DNA of 54,552 nucleotides from an uncultured virus (IMG/VR IMGVR_UViG_3300015610_000939) (taxonomy: Duplodnaviria; Heunggongvirae; Uroviricota; Caudoviricetes), in the IMG/VR virus record IMGVR_UViG_3300015610_000939; one strand, written 5' to 3'. Below the pieces are notes generated by a model. That model ran no database searches. It saw only the letters and a list, made by a program, of their open reading frames with translations, and had not been told where the DNA came from. The first letter of the stretch is position 1. Each line of letters begins with the position of its first letter. The position numbers were made by a program, and so were the translations under genes. Positions 1 to 9,666 of the stretch are shown one piece after another.

Positions 1-402
1 TACAAGGACAAGTACATGAACCTCGTGATTGACGGGCATGATGCAGGCGTTCCGCTTGGTGCTGTTCCTGTGATCGTCATGGATATGTGGTCCCACTCCT
101 ACTTTGCTGACGTGCAAGACGACAAGCAGAGCTACCTGAACTCCATGATGCGGGAGCTGAATTGGAACGTCATTGAGGCAAGGATGGTCATTGCCGAGCG
201 TTCGCAGTTGAAGGACCTGTACCTTGTTCGTCCGTTGGTTGACAATACACCAACCAAGATGCTCGACCAAGCAGCAAACACCCCTCCAATTGGGAAGAGT
301 CAAATCTCCCCAGGTGGAGTGGAGCCAATCCCAGCTCCGGGATCGGACATGCAAGTCAACCCACGCCCAGCCGTTGGGGCTCAACAGAACAAGGTGCAGT
401 GA
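1..402 (+). CDS. Fe/Mn superoxide dismutase-like protein, C-terminal part (5' truncated by window edge)
   Basis: DMWSHSYFAD...YLNSMMRELNWNVIEAR resembles the SOD C-terminal signature D-x-W-E-H-A-Y-Y...Y....NW, but WEH is WSH; Pro-rich tail follows. Confidence 0.6.
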   Translation, partial: YKDKYMNLVIDGHDAGVPLGAVPVIVMDMWSHSYFADVQDDKQSYLNSMMRELNWNVIEARMVIAERSQLKDLYLVRPLVDNTPTKMLDQAANTPPIGKSQISPGGVEPIPAPGSDMQVNPRPAVGAQQNKVQ

Positions 403-1043
403 TGAAAAAAGTCAAGTCCTTTAAGGAGGCAGCTTCCCTTTTGCTCGAAGAGGGAGCTCCAATCAATCCTGCTGATGCCCAGCCAACAGACCCAAGCGTC
501 CAGAACTTGTCCATGGACATGAAGGTTGACTCGTATTTCCTGAAGTACGAGAAAGAAAGCCTTCCAACACAGCAGACCTATGCTGTTCCAGGATCGGCAG
601 AGAACATGATGTTTGAGTTCCGGTCCTTCGCAAAGCAGTTGCTCGAAGCTGAGGGAGATGATCCCCTTGCTGGTGGGGATGCTGGGTTTGGTGCTGATCC
701 CGGTGGAGCAGGGGGTGCAGGCGGGGATGATGCAGGAGCTCCCCCAGCCGCTCCAGCTCAACCTCAAGTGGAGAATCCACGTTTCAACGTGAGAAATTTC
801 GCTCAGTCGGTCGCAAGACTTGTTTTGAACTACGAGGGTCTTCTTGATCCAAGGACGACAATTCTGAACAGAGCCAGATACTTCATCGAGAAGAACTACG
901 ATGCAGGTGTTGCAAGGCAAATGATGGACATTCTGGAGACACAATTCAGGCTGTCGCCACGCACAGCGGAAGCAAATGACGGGGTTTCGGCTCCGATTGC
1001 CGGTGGAGCCTGGACGGGTGTCGGCGGAGGTGGTGGAGGATAA
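399..1043 (+). CDS. hypothetical phage protein, possible prohead/internal protein
   Basis: 214 aa ORF overlapping the upstream stop; Gly/Pro-rich linkers and LLEE/LLEAE motifs. Confidence 0.6.
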   Translation: MMKKVKSFKEAASLLLEEGAPINPADAQPTDPSVQNLSMDMKVDSYFLKYEKESLPTQQTYAVPGSAENMMFEFRSFAKQLLEAEGDDPLAGGDAGFGADPGGAGGAGGDDAGAPPAAPAQPQVENPRFNVRNFAQSVARLVLNYEGLLDPRTTILNRARYFIEKNYDAGVARQMMDILETQFRLSPRTAEANDGVSAPIAGGAWTGVGGGGGG

Positions 1044-1047
1044 TAGG

Positions 1048-1374
1048 ATGAAGGTTGTCGAGGGACGAAGGGGAGTTCATGTTGACGTAAACCAGTTCAC
1101 CTGGGTTGAAGTCAAGAAGCGTCTATGGCGTCATGGCCTTTCGTTCCAAGAGTTCCTTTCTTACGTTGTTCACTTGCTGGCAACGGGAGATGATCGGGTT
1201 TATCAGCTTCTCATTGAGGCAAAGAAAGCCCGAGCACAAAAGGAAGTCATGAAGATTGTTCACACGGACGAGGAATCACTCTACACCCTGATGGAGCACC
1301 TTCGTGACATGAAGAGGCAAGAACAAGAAGCAAAAGAAGAAGAGGAAGAAGAGGTGCGCAATGAAGAAGGTTAA
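1048..1374 (+). CDS. hypothetical protein
   Basis: ATG at 1048 after GGAGGA RBS; 108 aa with acidic tail. Confidence 0.65.
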   Translation: MKVVEGRRGVHVDVNQFTWVEVKKRLWRHGLSFQEFLSYVVHLLATGDDRVYQLLIEAKKARAQKEVMKIVHTDEESLYTLMEHLRDMKRQEQEAKEEEEEEVRNEEG

Positions 1375-1663
1375 GGCTCCAAAAGGCAAGTTCATTGAGA
1401 CAGACGAGAAGCTCATCAAGGCCGTGGCAAATGAGCTCAATACCACCAGCGCACCCATGATTCTCTCCAAGCTCCAGGATATCGAGAAGGCCGTGTATCA
1501 CCTCGCATCCAGGGTGAAAGCCATTGGGGACTCCCAGGAAAGGCTTGAGCAACTTTCGGTTGGGCTGACCACCACAATGGAGGAAGTCCTCCATGACCTG
1601 GAAGGGTCTGACGAAGGGACGGAACAGCCAAGCTCCCGCCCTAACAACTCACAATGGAACTGA
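1361..1663 (+). CDS. hypothetical coiled-coil protein
   Basis: 100 aa ORF with GAGG RBS, in operon context. Confidence 0.6.
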   Translation: MKKVKAPKGKFIETDEKLIKAVANELNTTSAPMILSKLQDIEKAVYHLASRVKAIGDSQERLEQLSVGLTTTMEEVLHDLEGSDEGTEQPSSRPNNSQWN

Positions 1664-1670
1664 GGTCAAG

Positions 1671-2102
1671 ATGCCACTCTGGTTGACAAAAGTCGGAAAC
1701 GCCCTGAAGATCGCCTTCACATGGCTCAAGGGTAACTTCATGCTGATTCTCGTGGGCGTTGCTGTTATTTACGGCTTGATTGCTGTAAAGAAACGCGACA
1801 ATGCGTACGAGAACCTCTGGAAGATGTACCGTGAGCAGCAGGCTCAGAACAGACGAGAGCTTGAGGAACTCAGGAAGATCCAACAGGAGCAGATTGCCAA
1901 GCAACAGGAGATTGATAGGAAGTATCGGGAAGTGGTGGCTTCAATTGAGCAAAACTACCGAGATCAACTCCAAAACCTTTCTCGTGCCAAGGAGCAAGAG
2001 TTGCGCCAGATCATTGAGCGTACCCATGATGACCCAGGGGCTATGGCTCAGGAGATCAACTCTCTTTTCGGACTTCCGGTGTATACACTCCCCCCAGGGT
2101 GA
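1671..2102 (+). CDS. i-spanin-like membrane protein
   Basis: N-terminal TM segment (FMLILVGVAVIYGLIAV) followed by long Q/E/R coiled coil; adjacent to a lipoprotein gene and a holin-like gene. Confidence 0.5.
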   Translation: MPLWLTKVGNALKIAFTWLKGNFMLILVGVAVIYGLIAVKKRDNAYENLWKMYREQQAQNRRELEELRKIQQEQIAKQQEIDRKYREVVASIEQNYRDQLQNLSRAKEQELRQIIERTHDDPGAMAQEINSLFGLPVYTLPPG

Positions 2103-2117
2103 GTTATTCATCGAGGG

Positions 2118-2750
2118 ATGAAGAAGAAGAAGAACACTTTCTCGACACTAATCATGCTCTTTGTGGCTTTCTTCCACATTGCATGTTCCGCAACCCCAAC
2201 AAGGACAACTTCGACCCTGGTCATACCATCCCAGGATTCTGGCGTTGTTCTTCCAAGCCCTGATGTTGTGCTCCTCGGCTTGCCCGACAGACAGTCTCAG
2301 GATGCCTCATTGCCGGAAGCTCAAGCTCCTATCCTGGGGGGAGTGGGAGCTAATGGGGAACTCGTCACCCCAATGACAACGGGCTCCAGAGCGCCTTACA
2401 ATGGCGTCCTCTTGAATGGCCCAGCCGTTGCAAGGGTAGCTGTTGAGTTCAGAGGTCAACAGGAACGTTGCTTGATCGAGCAGAACAGAGCAGTTTCTTT
2501 GGTTGAGGCAAGGTACATTGCAGACACAGCCACATTGAGGTTGGCTGCCGACACTCAGCGCCGTACGGATCAGGTGATCATCAACAGCTTGGATTCCGAC
2601 GTTTCCAGGTTGAATCGTCTGTTGGAAGTCCAACAAAGGGAAGCTTCCGGCCCTCACGTCCTCGAAGGGTTGGCTTGGGCAGGTGGCGGATTGGTATTGG
2701 GGGCTTTGATTGTCGGTGGAGTTGTTCTTGCAACAACCCCCCGTCCATAA
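2118..2750 (+). CDS. lipoprotein with C-terminal TM (o-/u-spanin-like)
   Basis: MKKKK + hydrophobic stretch + HIAC lipobox-like site; coiled coil; C-terminal hydrophobic helix GLAWAGGGLVLGALIVGGVVLA. Confidence 0.5.
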   Translation: MKKKKNTFSTLIMLFVAFFHIACSATPTRTTSTLVIPSQDSGVVLPSPDVVLLGLPDRQSQDASLPEAQAPILGGVGANGELVTPMTTGSRAPYNGVLLNGPAVARVAVEFRGQQERCLIEQNRAVSLVEARYIADTATLRLAADTQRRTDQVIINSLDSDVSRLNRLLEVQQREASGPHVLEGLAWAGGGLVLGALIVGGVVLATTPRP

Positions 2751-2787
2751 GCTTTTGTCACTCTACTTACCGTAGAGGACAAAATCT

Positions 2788-3096
2788 ATGTGGCTCAAAA
2801 ACACCGCAGGCCAACCATCGGCCAGCTTGACTTTCTCTTTCATCGGTTTCATTGTTGTTACCCTTTGGCTGGTGGTATCCATCGTTGCCAAGATCGGAAA
2901 CCTTGAAATCCGTCAATTTGACTCCGCTCAGGCAATGGGCTATCTCCTTCCGCTCTTGGCACTGTACTTTGGCCGTCGTTGGACGGATGGCAAGGGAGGC
3001 ACCCTTGACTTGCCACAAACAGGCTCTACAGTACAGGCAAAGTCGTCGGTAGAAGTTGAAGATCCCGCCTCAACTTCCAATCCGCCAAGCGCCTAG
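2788..3096 (+). CDS. small 2-TM membrane protein, holin-like
   Basis: two hydrophobic helices and a charged C-terminal tail; follows the spanin-like genes. Confidence 0.45.
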   Translation: MWLKNTAGQPSASLTFSFIGFIVVTLWLVVSIVAKIGNLEIRQFDSAQAMGYLLPLLALYFGRRWTDGKGGTLDLPQTGSTVQAKSSVEVEDPASTSNPPSA

Positions 3097-3128
3097 TCAC
3101 CACCCGGTTACGGGTGTGAAGGAGATCA

Positions 3129-3938
3129 ATGGAAGAATCCGTCATTTACCCGTCCATCACGAATCGTTTGCCTTTGACCGATAAGGAGCGAGACGAACTC
3201 GCAGCCTACGCGCTGAGGCAATACTTCTCTGAGAAGCAGGTTGGTAAGCCGTGGTACAGACCGGGGGTTACCGTGGACAACGTGCTTGAGGAGTTCGCGA
3301 AACCGACCTCTCCAATCTCCCCAATTTTCCTGGTGGAGCTTTGGAGGGACAAGGTTTCCTTGGAAGGGCTGAATTCCAAGAGAAAGCGTCCTGCCGAGCA
3401 GACTGTTGAGTATTACCTCAATCGAGAGAAGACAGCCCCGACCTACGAAAAGTGGGACATCAAAATCAACTCGATGAGAGGTGAGTTTGGTGGGATCACC
3501 AGGGCGATGATCGCAAAGATTGCCTCCAAGGGAATGAGCAAGATTTCTTGGCTTCTGGATGGGGTTAGTCCAGAGGACATGAGTCCAGAGGCCGATTTGC
3601 TCTTGAATGAGAAGATCGACCGAGTAAGGCAAGAAACAGCGATTTGGTTCGCGAAGAACCTTTGGGAACATGCCGGAAGGGTTATGAGGTTTCTGGCAAA
3701 GCTCAATAGCAAAGGAATTCTCACGAAAACCGAGTTTGAGCTGGTGACGGAAGCTGAGTACCAGACACTCTGTGAGTTGGCGCACTTGAAACAAGAGGAG
3801 ATTGTACCATTTCTTCTCTGCGACATTGAAGAGGATGACAACCTGTTCAGGTCGTATCAGAACGCTGTGTCCTACTTCGTCTTTGCTGACATGAGGCTTG
3901 CTGCTCGGTCATCTGAAGATGAGGACGAGACGAGCTAG
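3129..3938 (+). CDS. hypothetical protein
   Basis: 269 aa ORF, AAGGAG RBS. Confidence 0.7.
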   Translation: MEESVIYPSITNRLPLTDKERDELAAYALRQYFSEKQVGKPWYRPGVTVDNVLEEFAKPTSPISPIFLVELWRDKVSLEGLNSKRKRPAEQTVEYYLNREKTAPTYEKWDIKINSMRGEFGGITRAMIAKIASKGMSKISWLLDGVSPEDMSPEADLLLNEKIDRVRQETAIWFAKNLWEHAGRVMRFLAKLNSKGILTKTEFELVTEAEYQTLCELAHLKQEEIVPFLLCDIEEDDNLFRSYQNAVSYFVFADMRLAARSSEDEDETS

Positions 3939-3949
3939 TTACGGTTGCT

Positions 3950-4255
3950 TTGATTCAATTCGGACTAAAAGAAAAAGCGGACCCATACCCTGCTAGTATC
4001 AAACCTTCTGGATGGAATACCACCACGGAGGGTAAAATAGCGAAGGTATTCGAATTTTCGTCAGAGCTCCAAGCTCAAGAGTTCTCTCTGGAGTTGCTCT
4101 TGTGTGATCGTGACCGTGCTTTGAGCCTATGCGTATCGGAATCTGGCAGGCTTGTTGACGTGACCATTGGTTTTGTCAAATTGAACACCTCAGTCGCAAA
4201 CTCGCTGGCAGAGGAAATCAATGACTTCTATGAAGCAGCGAATGAAGTTCGGTGA
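3950..4255 (+). CDS. pterin-4a-carbinolamine dehydratase-like small protein (degenerate)
   Basis: GW....GKIAKVFEFSS...A.EF...L pattern resembles the PCD fold, but the HHP catalytic motif is absent; TTG start. Confidence 0.35.
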   Translation: MIQFGLKEKADPYPASIKPSGWNTTTEGKIAKVFEFSSELQAQEFSLELLLCDRDRALSLCVSESGRLVDVTIGFVKLNTSVANSLAEEINDFYEAANEVR

Positions 4256-4679
4256 CGTTACCGGATTGGGGGGAGCCAAGCTTATTGCCAGCGAAAGCGA
4301 CGTGGAGTTCGACGCTGAATCAATGGTTGCTCCACCAGAGGCACCTTCCCGTGGTGTTCAACTGTCCGAAACAACCGTGGAGCTTCACCTTCGGCACAAT
4401 CAAGACGAAATGAAGATCATTGGATTCCTGAAGGGAGCAGAAGCAGGACTCGATTCCCTTGGACTCTTGATTCAAGCACTTCTCTCGGTAGCCCTCGAAG
4501 GATGCTCAATGACTCTAACCAAGCCCATGAGACTGGAAAGGGTTATCTTTACATCCCCTGGTAACAAAGAAGGAACGGAGTGGAAATCTGTCAAGGGGTA
4601 CCAGCTCCAGAACTTCTCCATCCAAGAAGTCATTGGAAAGAGCGCTATTGTGGGGTTGTCCTTCAAGTCTCCTATTTAG
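4242..4679 (+). CDS. hypothetical protein
   Basis: 145 aa ORF in operon. Confidence 0.55.
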   Translation: MKFGDVTGLGGAKLIASESDVEFDAESMVAPPEAPSRGVQLSETTVELHLRHNQDEMKIIGFLKGAEAGLDSLGLLIQALLSVALEGCSMTLTKPMRLERVIFTSPGNKEGTEWKSVKGYQLQNFSIQEVIGKSAIVGLSFKSPI

Positions 4680-4693
4680 GACAAAGGTACGCC

Positions 4694-4891
4694 ATGAGCC
4701 AGGACAATAACAACCCATTTGATGCACCACTGGACTTCTCCAAGTTCCTTGAGTCCACCTTGAAGCACGAGCAAGCCAAGAAAGCTGTTGTTGTTTCGGG
4801 CGAGGGAGAGAAGACTCCAAATCAGGAATACCGCGAGCGCTACAGCAACCACGCTGTTGACCGCTTTTGGATGGGTCCAAGACGCTACTAA
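4694..4891 (+). CDS. hypothetical protein
   Basis: ATG 4694 after AAAGG; 65 aa. Confidence 0.55.
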   Translation: MSQDNNNPFDAPLDFSKFLESTLKHEQAKKAVVVSGEGEKTPNQEYRERYSNHAVDRFWMGPRRY

Positions 4892-4903
4892 TAGGGGTGA
4901 GCC

Positions 4904-5419
4904 ATGAATCAGTTGAAACTTGAAAAAGAGGCAAGGAAGCGCCTTCTTGCTGCCTATCTCCTTGAAGCACAGAGAATCCTCAAGGAGCAAGCACCAGCAC
5001 CAGCCCCAGGTGCTTCCGCCGTTCCACCATCCCCTGTTCCACCAGCTCAGGCAACAAACACCTCCGCTGCAATGCCACCAGCCCCACCGGTCCCAGGAGC
5101 TCAACCTGGGCAGGATGGTCAGCCAAAGCCATTTGATGTGGACTCGATGATCGAAAGAATGAACACCATCCGTGGTGGTCGTTCCTTTGCCGATCCCGAG
5201 GTCTACGGCCAGCTTACCTCTTATTTTAAGGGTTTGAACGAAACGGACAAAGCCGTGATCGACAAGTTCCTTCAGGACGTGAACAAGATCGTCATTCAGG
5301 TTGACACAACCCAACAAGTCGCTGGCGGTGGTGGTGGAGCTCAACCTCCTGTTGCGCCTCCAGCAGCAGCCCCAGGAGCGGCTCCAGCAGCTCCAGCAGC
5401 GGGCGTTCCTGGCATGTGA
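4904..5419 (+). CDS. Pro/Ala-rich hypothetical protein
   Basis: 171 aa ORF, GGGGTGA RBS. Confidence 0.65.
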   Translation: MNQLKLEKEARKRLLAAYLLEAQRILKEQAPAPAPGASAVPPSPVPPAQATNTSAAMPPAPPVPGAQPGQDGQPKPFDVDSMIERMNTIRGGRSFADPEVYGQLTSYFKGLNETDKAVIDKFLQDVNKIVIQVDTTQQVAGGGGGAQPPVAPPAAAPGAAPAAPAAGVPGM

Positions 5420-5432
5420 AAGGAAAGAGACC

Positions 5433-5708
5433 ATGACACAGAAGATCACGAAAGAAACGCTCTCTGAAGCGATTGAGGCTGAAGTGAAGGCCGCTTTCCT
5501 CTCGGAAGCTGTCAAGGAAGGCGTCAAGTTTCGTTTTGGTTCCAAGGAGTTGGAGTTTGGATCGCCCGAGCACATCCGTGTTCTCCAAGCTCTGCTCTCT
5601 GGAATGGAGTCCCTTCGAGACTGCTACTCGGTAGGAAGTGCCAACAGGCACGTCTATGCAGCAGCTTGCCACAAGCTTCGCAAGCTGATTGCCAAGCACG
5701 CAAAATGA
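5433..5708 (+). CDS. hypothetical protein with KIT..L.EAI N-terminal motif
   Basis: MTQKITKETLSEAIEAEV; AGGAAAG RBS. Confidence 0.65.
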   Translation: MTQKITKETLSEAIEAEVKAAFLSEAVKEGVKFRFGSKELEFGSPEHIRVLQALLSGMESLRDCYSVGSANRHVYAAACHKLRKLIAKHAK

Positions 5709-5759
5709 AAAAATGAAAGGGGTCTTGCTTTTGGGATATGCGGACCTACCTTCTCTGAC

Positions 5760-5954
5760 ATGAAAAAGAACGGCAAGTCCCCCCGCAACAACCGCAACGT
5801 CTACGCCTACAGCCTGATGTTCTTCCAGAGTGCGAAGTTCGATCACAAGGCTGAAGCTCGTGGCGGTGCCACCAACGAACAGGCTGAGCTCATGGCTCAG
5901 TACGAGGATGAGCGAGATGATCGAGAGGAGGAGCTCAATGAGCTTTACTCTTGA
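5760..5954 (+). CDS. small hypothetical protein
   Basis: 64 aa ORF with phage-like codon use. Confidence 0.55.
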   Translation: MKKNGKSPRNNRNVYAYSLMFFQSAKFDHKAEARGGATNEQAELMAQYEDERDDREEELNELYS

Positions 5955-6174
5955 CCTCAAGGATGGAGAGGAAACTCTGCGTCCTGTCTTCTTTGAGCTC
6001 CAGGACAAGATTTCCTTGATCCTGGAGGAGATGCAGGAGAGTGGAGCTTCTCTGGAAGAGAAGAAGGCCATTCTTCTTGCAACCCTCGCTTCGAACCATT
6101 GGAGCGTTGAGGATTACGGGACGGGACTCTTGTTTTGGCTCGGGGTTTCTGAATTCCAAGACGTAGACGATTGA
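5938..6174 (+). CDS. hypothetical protein
   Basis: ATG 5938 after GAGGAG. Confidence 0.55.
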   Translation: MSFTLDLKDGEETLRPVFFELQDKISLILEEMQESGASLEEKKAILLATLASNHWSVEDYGTGLLFWLGVSEFQDVDD

Positions 6175-6204
6175 CTCCAACCGAAGAAGGCGTAGGGTGC
6201 TAGC

Positions 6205-6327
6205 ATGGAAGAGTTCATTCAGACAGCAGCTTTGGTCATCTACAAGCTGACCGTTGGATTTGCGATCTTCCTCTTCTCCATTCTTTGCTTGATCGAGCTT
6301 GGGGCTTTGTACCAATGGCTAGCGTAG
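6205..6327 (+). CDS. 40 aa hydrophobic peptide (not in ORF track)
   Basis: ATG 6205 to TAG 6327, MEEFIQTAALVIYKLTVGFAIFLFSILCLIELGALYQWLA; starts 6 nt after a sigma70-like -10. Confidence 0.45.
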   Translation: MEEFIQTAALVIYKLTVGFAIFLFSILCLIELGALYQWLA

Positions 6328-6632
6328 TGGAATTGTTCGTCAAGGATTACCTGATTCCAGGTAGGCTCTATCACACAACAGTCCGTCGAGCTTACCGATA
6401 CTTGCCAGGAAAGTTCCTTGAACCGACCGATCTTCCTGTCGCTAGTCCGATTTATGTGATTTCCGTCGAGGTATCTCCCGTTACCACGATGACCGAAACG
6501 GAAGACCTTTGCCGACTTGCTATGGTGTTCATGTGCGGTGAGGAGATTTTCCAACTCCCTGCGTTCGTTGGAATAGGGAGCGTGCAAAGCTATTTCACCC
6601 CTTGCAAAGAAGAGGAGCCAGCTCCCGGATGA
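6315..6632 (+). CDS. hypothetical protein
   Basis: 105 aa ORF. Confidence 0.5.
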   Translation: MASVVELFVKDYLIPGRLYHTTVRRAYRYLPGKFLEPTDLPVASPIYVISVEVSPVTTMTETEDLCRLAMVFMCGEEIFQLPAFVGIGSVQSYFTPCKEEEPAPG

Positions 6633-6916
6633 AAGATCACCTGGACGAGGAACTAAAGCGCTTCCAGCCGGGAACTCTGTGTTACCTTGATACGGAGACG
6701 CTTGGTTTCCGCTGTGAGTGCAAAAACGGAGTGTTCTCATACCAAATGGATGAATCTGACGTGATTTCCGGTCCGTTCTTGCTGATTTTTGTAAGGCCAG
6801 AGGAAAAAATCCTTGCCGTTATTGGTTTGTGGAATGAAGCGATGTATTGGATCAACTTTTGGTGGCCTGTAAACACCATCCACATCTACGAAGACTACAT
6901 CAAAGAAGAGGGTTGA
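6629..6916 (+). CDS. hypothetical protein
   Basis: ATGA overlap with the upstream gene. Confidence 0.5.
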   Translation: MKDHLDEELKRFQPGTLCYLDTETLGFRCECKNGVFSYQMDESDVISGPFLLIFVRPEEKILAVIGLWNEAMYWINFWWPVNTIHIYEDYIKEEG

Positions 6917-6946
6917 CTTTGGCTCGGATGTGGTTAATGGGGGTAT

Positions 6947-7579
6947 ATGCCAAATCCACTCCGAGACAGCAACCGTCCATTCCCAGAGAACCGAGAAGCC
7001 TTCTTTGGTCGCCTCCGACCCCTTCTTGCTCCTTCCGAGCTCATGAAGGTGGAGATCGCCTATGCTCTCGCCAAGCACGCCCACAGGTGGCAGGAGCGCA
7101 AGGAGCTCGATTCCGAGGGTCATCCCATCCGTTACTTCGAGCATCTCCGAGCCACAGCTCTCATCCTGATTGACGAGCTGAACATCCATGATCCAGACAT
7201 GATTGTGGCATGTCTCGTGCACGATTCCATCGAGGACACCATGGACATCAATGCTGCAATGCTGGAGCACATCTTTGGCCCAAAGATTGCAAGGATGGTG
7301 ACTATGCTCACCAAGAATCCGAAGGAAGGGTACTACGAGCGCTTGCGCAACCATGCAGACGTGGATACCCTTGTGGTGAAGACCTGCGACCGAATCAGCA
7401 ACCTCCGCACCCTTGGTGGGTGCGAGGAAGCCTTTCGGAATAAGCAGATCAGGGAAACGATGGAGGTGCTCTATCCGATCCTTCGATCCCCCGAGTGCGG
7501 GACAAATGACCGCCTTAACCTTGCTCGCCAACTGATGTTGGTTGAGTACGAGAAAAACAACTGGCCCGTTGAGTTCTGA
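6947..7579 (+). CDS. HD-domain hydrolase, SpoT/Mesh1 (small alarmone hydrolase)-like
   Basis: AYALAKHAH..Q.R...PIRYFEH...ACLVHDSIEDT...VKTCDRISNLRTL matches the RelA/SpoT HD hydrolase motifs. Confidence 0.85.
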   Translation: MPNPLRDSNRPFPENREAFFGRLRPLLAPSELMKVEIAYALAKHAHRWQERKELDSEGHPIRYFEHLRATALILIDELNIHDPDMIVACLVHDSIEDTMDINAAMLEHIFGPKIARMVTMLTKNPKEGYYERLRNHADVDTLVVKTCDRISNLRTLGGCEEAFRNKQIRETMEVLYPILRSPECGTNDRLNLARQLMLVEYEKNNWPVEF

Positions 7580-7596
7580 GAAAGAGAAAAGGAAGC

Positions 7597-8154
7597 ATGA
7601 AGACAAAGGAAATTCGAGCAAGCGCCATTCAAGCAGGCGATACCGTGGTGTTCAAGAAGGCACGGAACACTGTTCCCGAATTGGTCGGGCAGTGTGTCGT
7701 CCAGTCGTGCAGCAAGTCCAAGGGCGAACGAACGGTGTCCATTGGGACCACCCGAGGATTCTTCACCATTCCCTGGGACCGTCGACTTCTTCTTGTTGAC
7801 ACCGGAGACGAACCGGTGCCGCCTGTGGCTGACAACCGTTCGGAGACTCGTCGAATTCCGGCTCCTGTGCCAGCCGAGAGAACGGAGTCATTTGCGGAGC
7901 GTATCCACCCAAGACTTCGACGAGAGGAAGCTGCACCCGTTCGTCCCCCAATCGTTGTGAACGGGAAGTCCTATCCAAGCCCAGGTGACTTGCCTGTTGG
8001 GGAGCCTCGTCCATTCAAGCCAGTCACTCTGCATGAGGCACCAAAGTACCTGGATCAGAGCGATCGAGATGCTCTCCTGATGGAGATTCTCTCGCTTGTG
8101 ACCGAGTTCGTTGGCAAGGCGCAAGCCATCGTACGAAAAGCAGCGGGGCTCTGA
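7597..8154 (+). CDS. hypothetical protein
   Basis: 185 aa ORF, AAGGA RBS. Confidence 0.6.
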   Translation: MKTKEIRASAIQAGDTVVFKKARNTVPELVGQCVVQSCSKSKGERTVSIGTTRGFFTIPWDRRLLLVDTGDEPVPPVADNRSETRRIPAPVPAERTESFAERIHPRLRREEAAPVRPPIVVNGKSYPSPGDLPVGEPRPFKPVTLHEAPKYLDQSDRDALLMEILSLVTEFVGKAQAIVRKAAGL

Positions 8155-8158
8155 TTCT

Positions 8159-8446
8159 ATGTCAGCACCGGTTCGAGTCGAGCGTCTTCGAGGTATGAAC
8201 GACACGATGCGAACCAAAGCCGACTTCGACACCGTCAGTGATGCCATCTTCTCTGTTCACCGGAAGCACCGCAAGGCTGCCGAGGCACTGGGGATGGACG
8301 TTGTTGACTTCATCAACAACAAGCCCCTTGTCGACGCCATGAAGCGCGAAGAAGAAGAGGTTTGCACCCTCCTTGGTTGGGCTGTCAAGGAGTTCTACGA
8401 TGAAGAACACCGGCAAATCATGGCTTCAATGGCAGAGGAGAACTAA
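8159..8446 (+). CDS. hypothetical protein
   Basis: 95 aa ORF. Confidence 0.55.
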   Translation: MSAPVRVERLRGMNDTMRTKADFDTVSDAIFSVHRKHRKAAEALGMDVVDFINNKPLVDAMKREEEEVCTLLGWAVKEFYDEEHRQIMASMAEEN

Positions 8447-8448
8447 CC

Positions 8449-8643
8449 ATGAAGAACCCCTTCAGAATGACCTCCGTCCATGTCAATGATTTGATGGACC
8501 CTCCATGCCCTCCCAACTGTCTTTGTCCGCTTTGCTATAGCGACAAGAAAGCAGTGCGAGAGATGATCAAGGAGGCGAAGATTCAAGTTTGCCGGAAGAA
8601 GTCTTGCAGACGCTATGGATGCGACTGCGACCCCAACAACTGA
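8449..8643 (+). CDS. Cys-rich small protein
   Basis: 64 aa with 8 Cys; GAGGAG RBS. Confidence 0.5.
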   Translation: MKNPFRMTSVHVNDLMDPPCPPNCLCPLCYSDKKAVREMIKEAKIQVCRKKSCRRYGCDCDPNN

Positions 8644-8703
8644 GAGTTCAGGGGGAACAGAGGGGAGATACATAATCTCCTCCTTAATGAGATATTTACT
8701 GGT

Positions 8704-9666
8704 ATGGCGAACTCAGAGAATATCAGATTTGGGGCTGTACCAGACGAACAGCCAGACTACTGGAAAAGAAACCAAGAAGCAAGGAAGAATCTCGACCAAC
8801 ATTTTCACAACCGTACGCACGGTAAGAGAATTGAGAAGTCGATGAATGCCTATGCTATTCCGAGAAGCCAGAAGGTGGCTCTTCGGGAGAACAAGATTGG
8901 CGGTATTCCGCAAGTTGTCGGAGGAGCCAATGTTTGGGACGACAAATACTTGGCGGCTCAAGGGAAGCTCATGGGTTCTATTCCGGCTGCCATGAGAGGG
9001 CCAAATGAGGAAGTCGACATTGGAGCCGCTCTCCAGTCCAGGATGGCTGCCAATGCTGCTATGCCCGGTGGTCCTACCCACGGCCCAATGCCAGGACATG
9101 GAATGGCTACAGGAACGGGAAGGGGATTCAACACTCCAGCCCAAAGAGTCTGTACACTTTCCGAAGGACACACCTACTTCCAACCTTTGCAAATCCAAGG
9201 CTTTGGAACGACACAGCCGCTTGCTAAGTCTGGTGGACAACTCCGTGGCATCCAGGGCAGGCAGTTCGAGATCAATGAGACCGTGACAGCTTACGTTGTT
9301 GACGGCCTTCAGACGATCGACCTGTCGAAGATGGAACCTGGAAGGCTCCGTACTTTGGTCAAGGTTACAGCTCCGCTTGTTGGTACCTTCTTGGTGCCGC
9401 AAGAGGCAATCCAAGAGATTGGCGGCGGACCTGGAGCCAACCGCACGGTCCTGACCGATGGTAGGGGATGGACTCCTCAGCAGATGCAGCAGATGCAAAT
9501 GCAACAGCAGCAACAGCAGATGATGCAGCAGCGTCAACTCTTGACAAATGCTCCAGCAAACAGGCCAATGATGCCTCAGCAACCTGCTCGGCCAATGTCT
9601 GCCCAAGAACAACTTGCGCAACAAAGCAGGGAGATGTTGAAACGTAAGGGGCTTCTCAGGGGCTAG
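8704..9666 (+). CDS. hypothetical protein with Gln/Met-rich C-terminus
   Basis: 320 aa; TATTTA 5 nt upstream of ATG. Confidence 0.75.
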   Translation: MANSENIRFGAVPDEQPDYWKRNQEARKNLDQHFHNRTHGKRIEKSMNAYAIPRSQKVALRENKIGGIPQVVGGANVWDDKYLAAQGKLMGSIPAAMRGPNEEVDIGAALQSRMAANAAMPGGPTHGPMPGHGMATGTGRGFNTPAQRVCTLSEGHTYFQPLQIQGFGTTQPLAKSGGQLRGIQGRQFEINETVTAYVVDGLQTIDLSKMEPGRLRTLVKVTAPLVGTFLVPQEAIQEIGGGPGANRTVLTDGRGWTPQQMQQMQMQQQQQQMMQQRQLLTNAPANRPMMPQQPARPMSAQEQLAQQSREMLKRKGLLRG

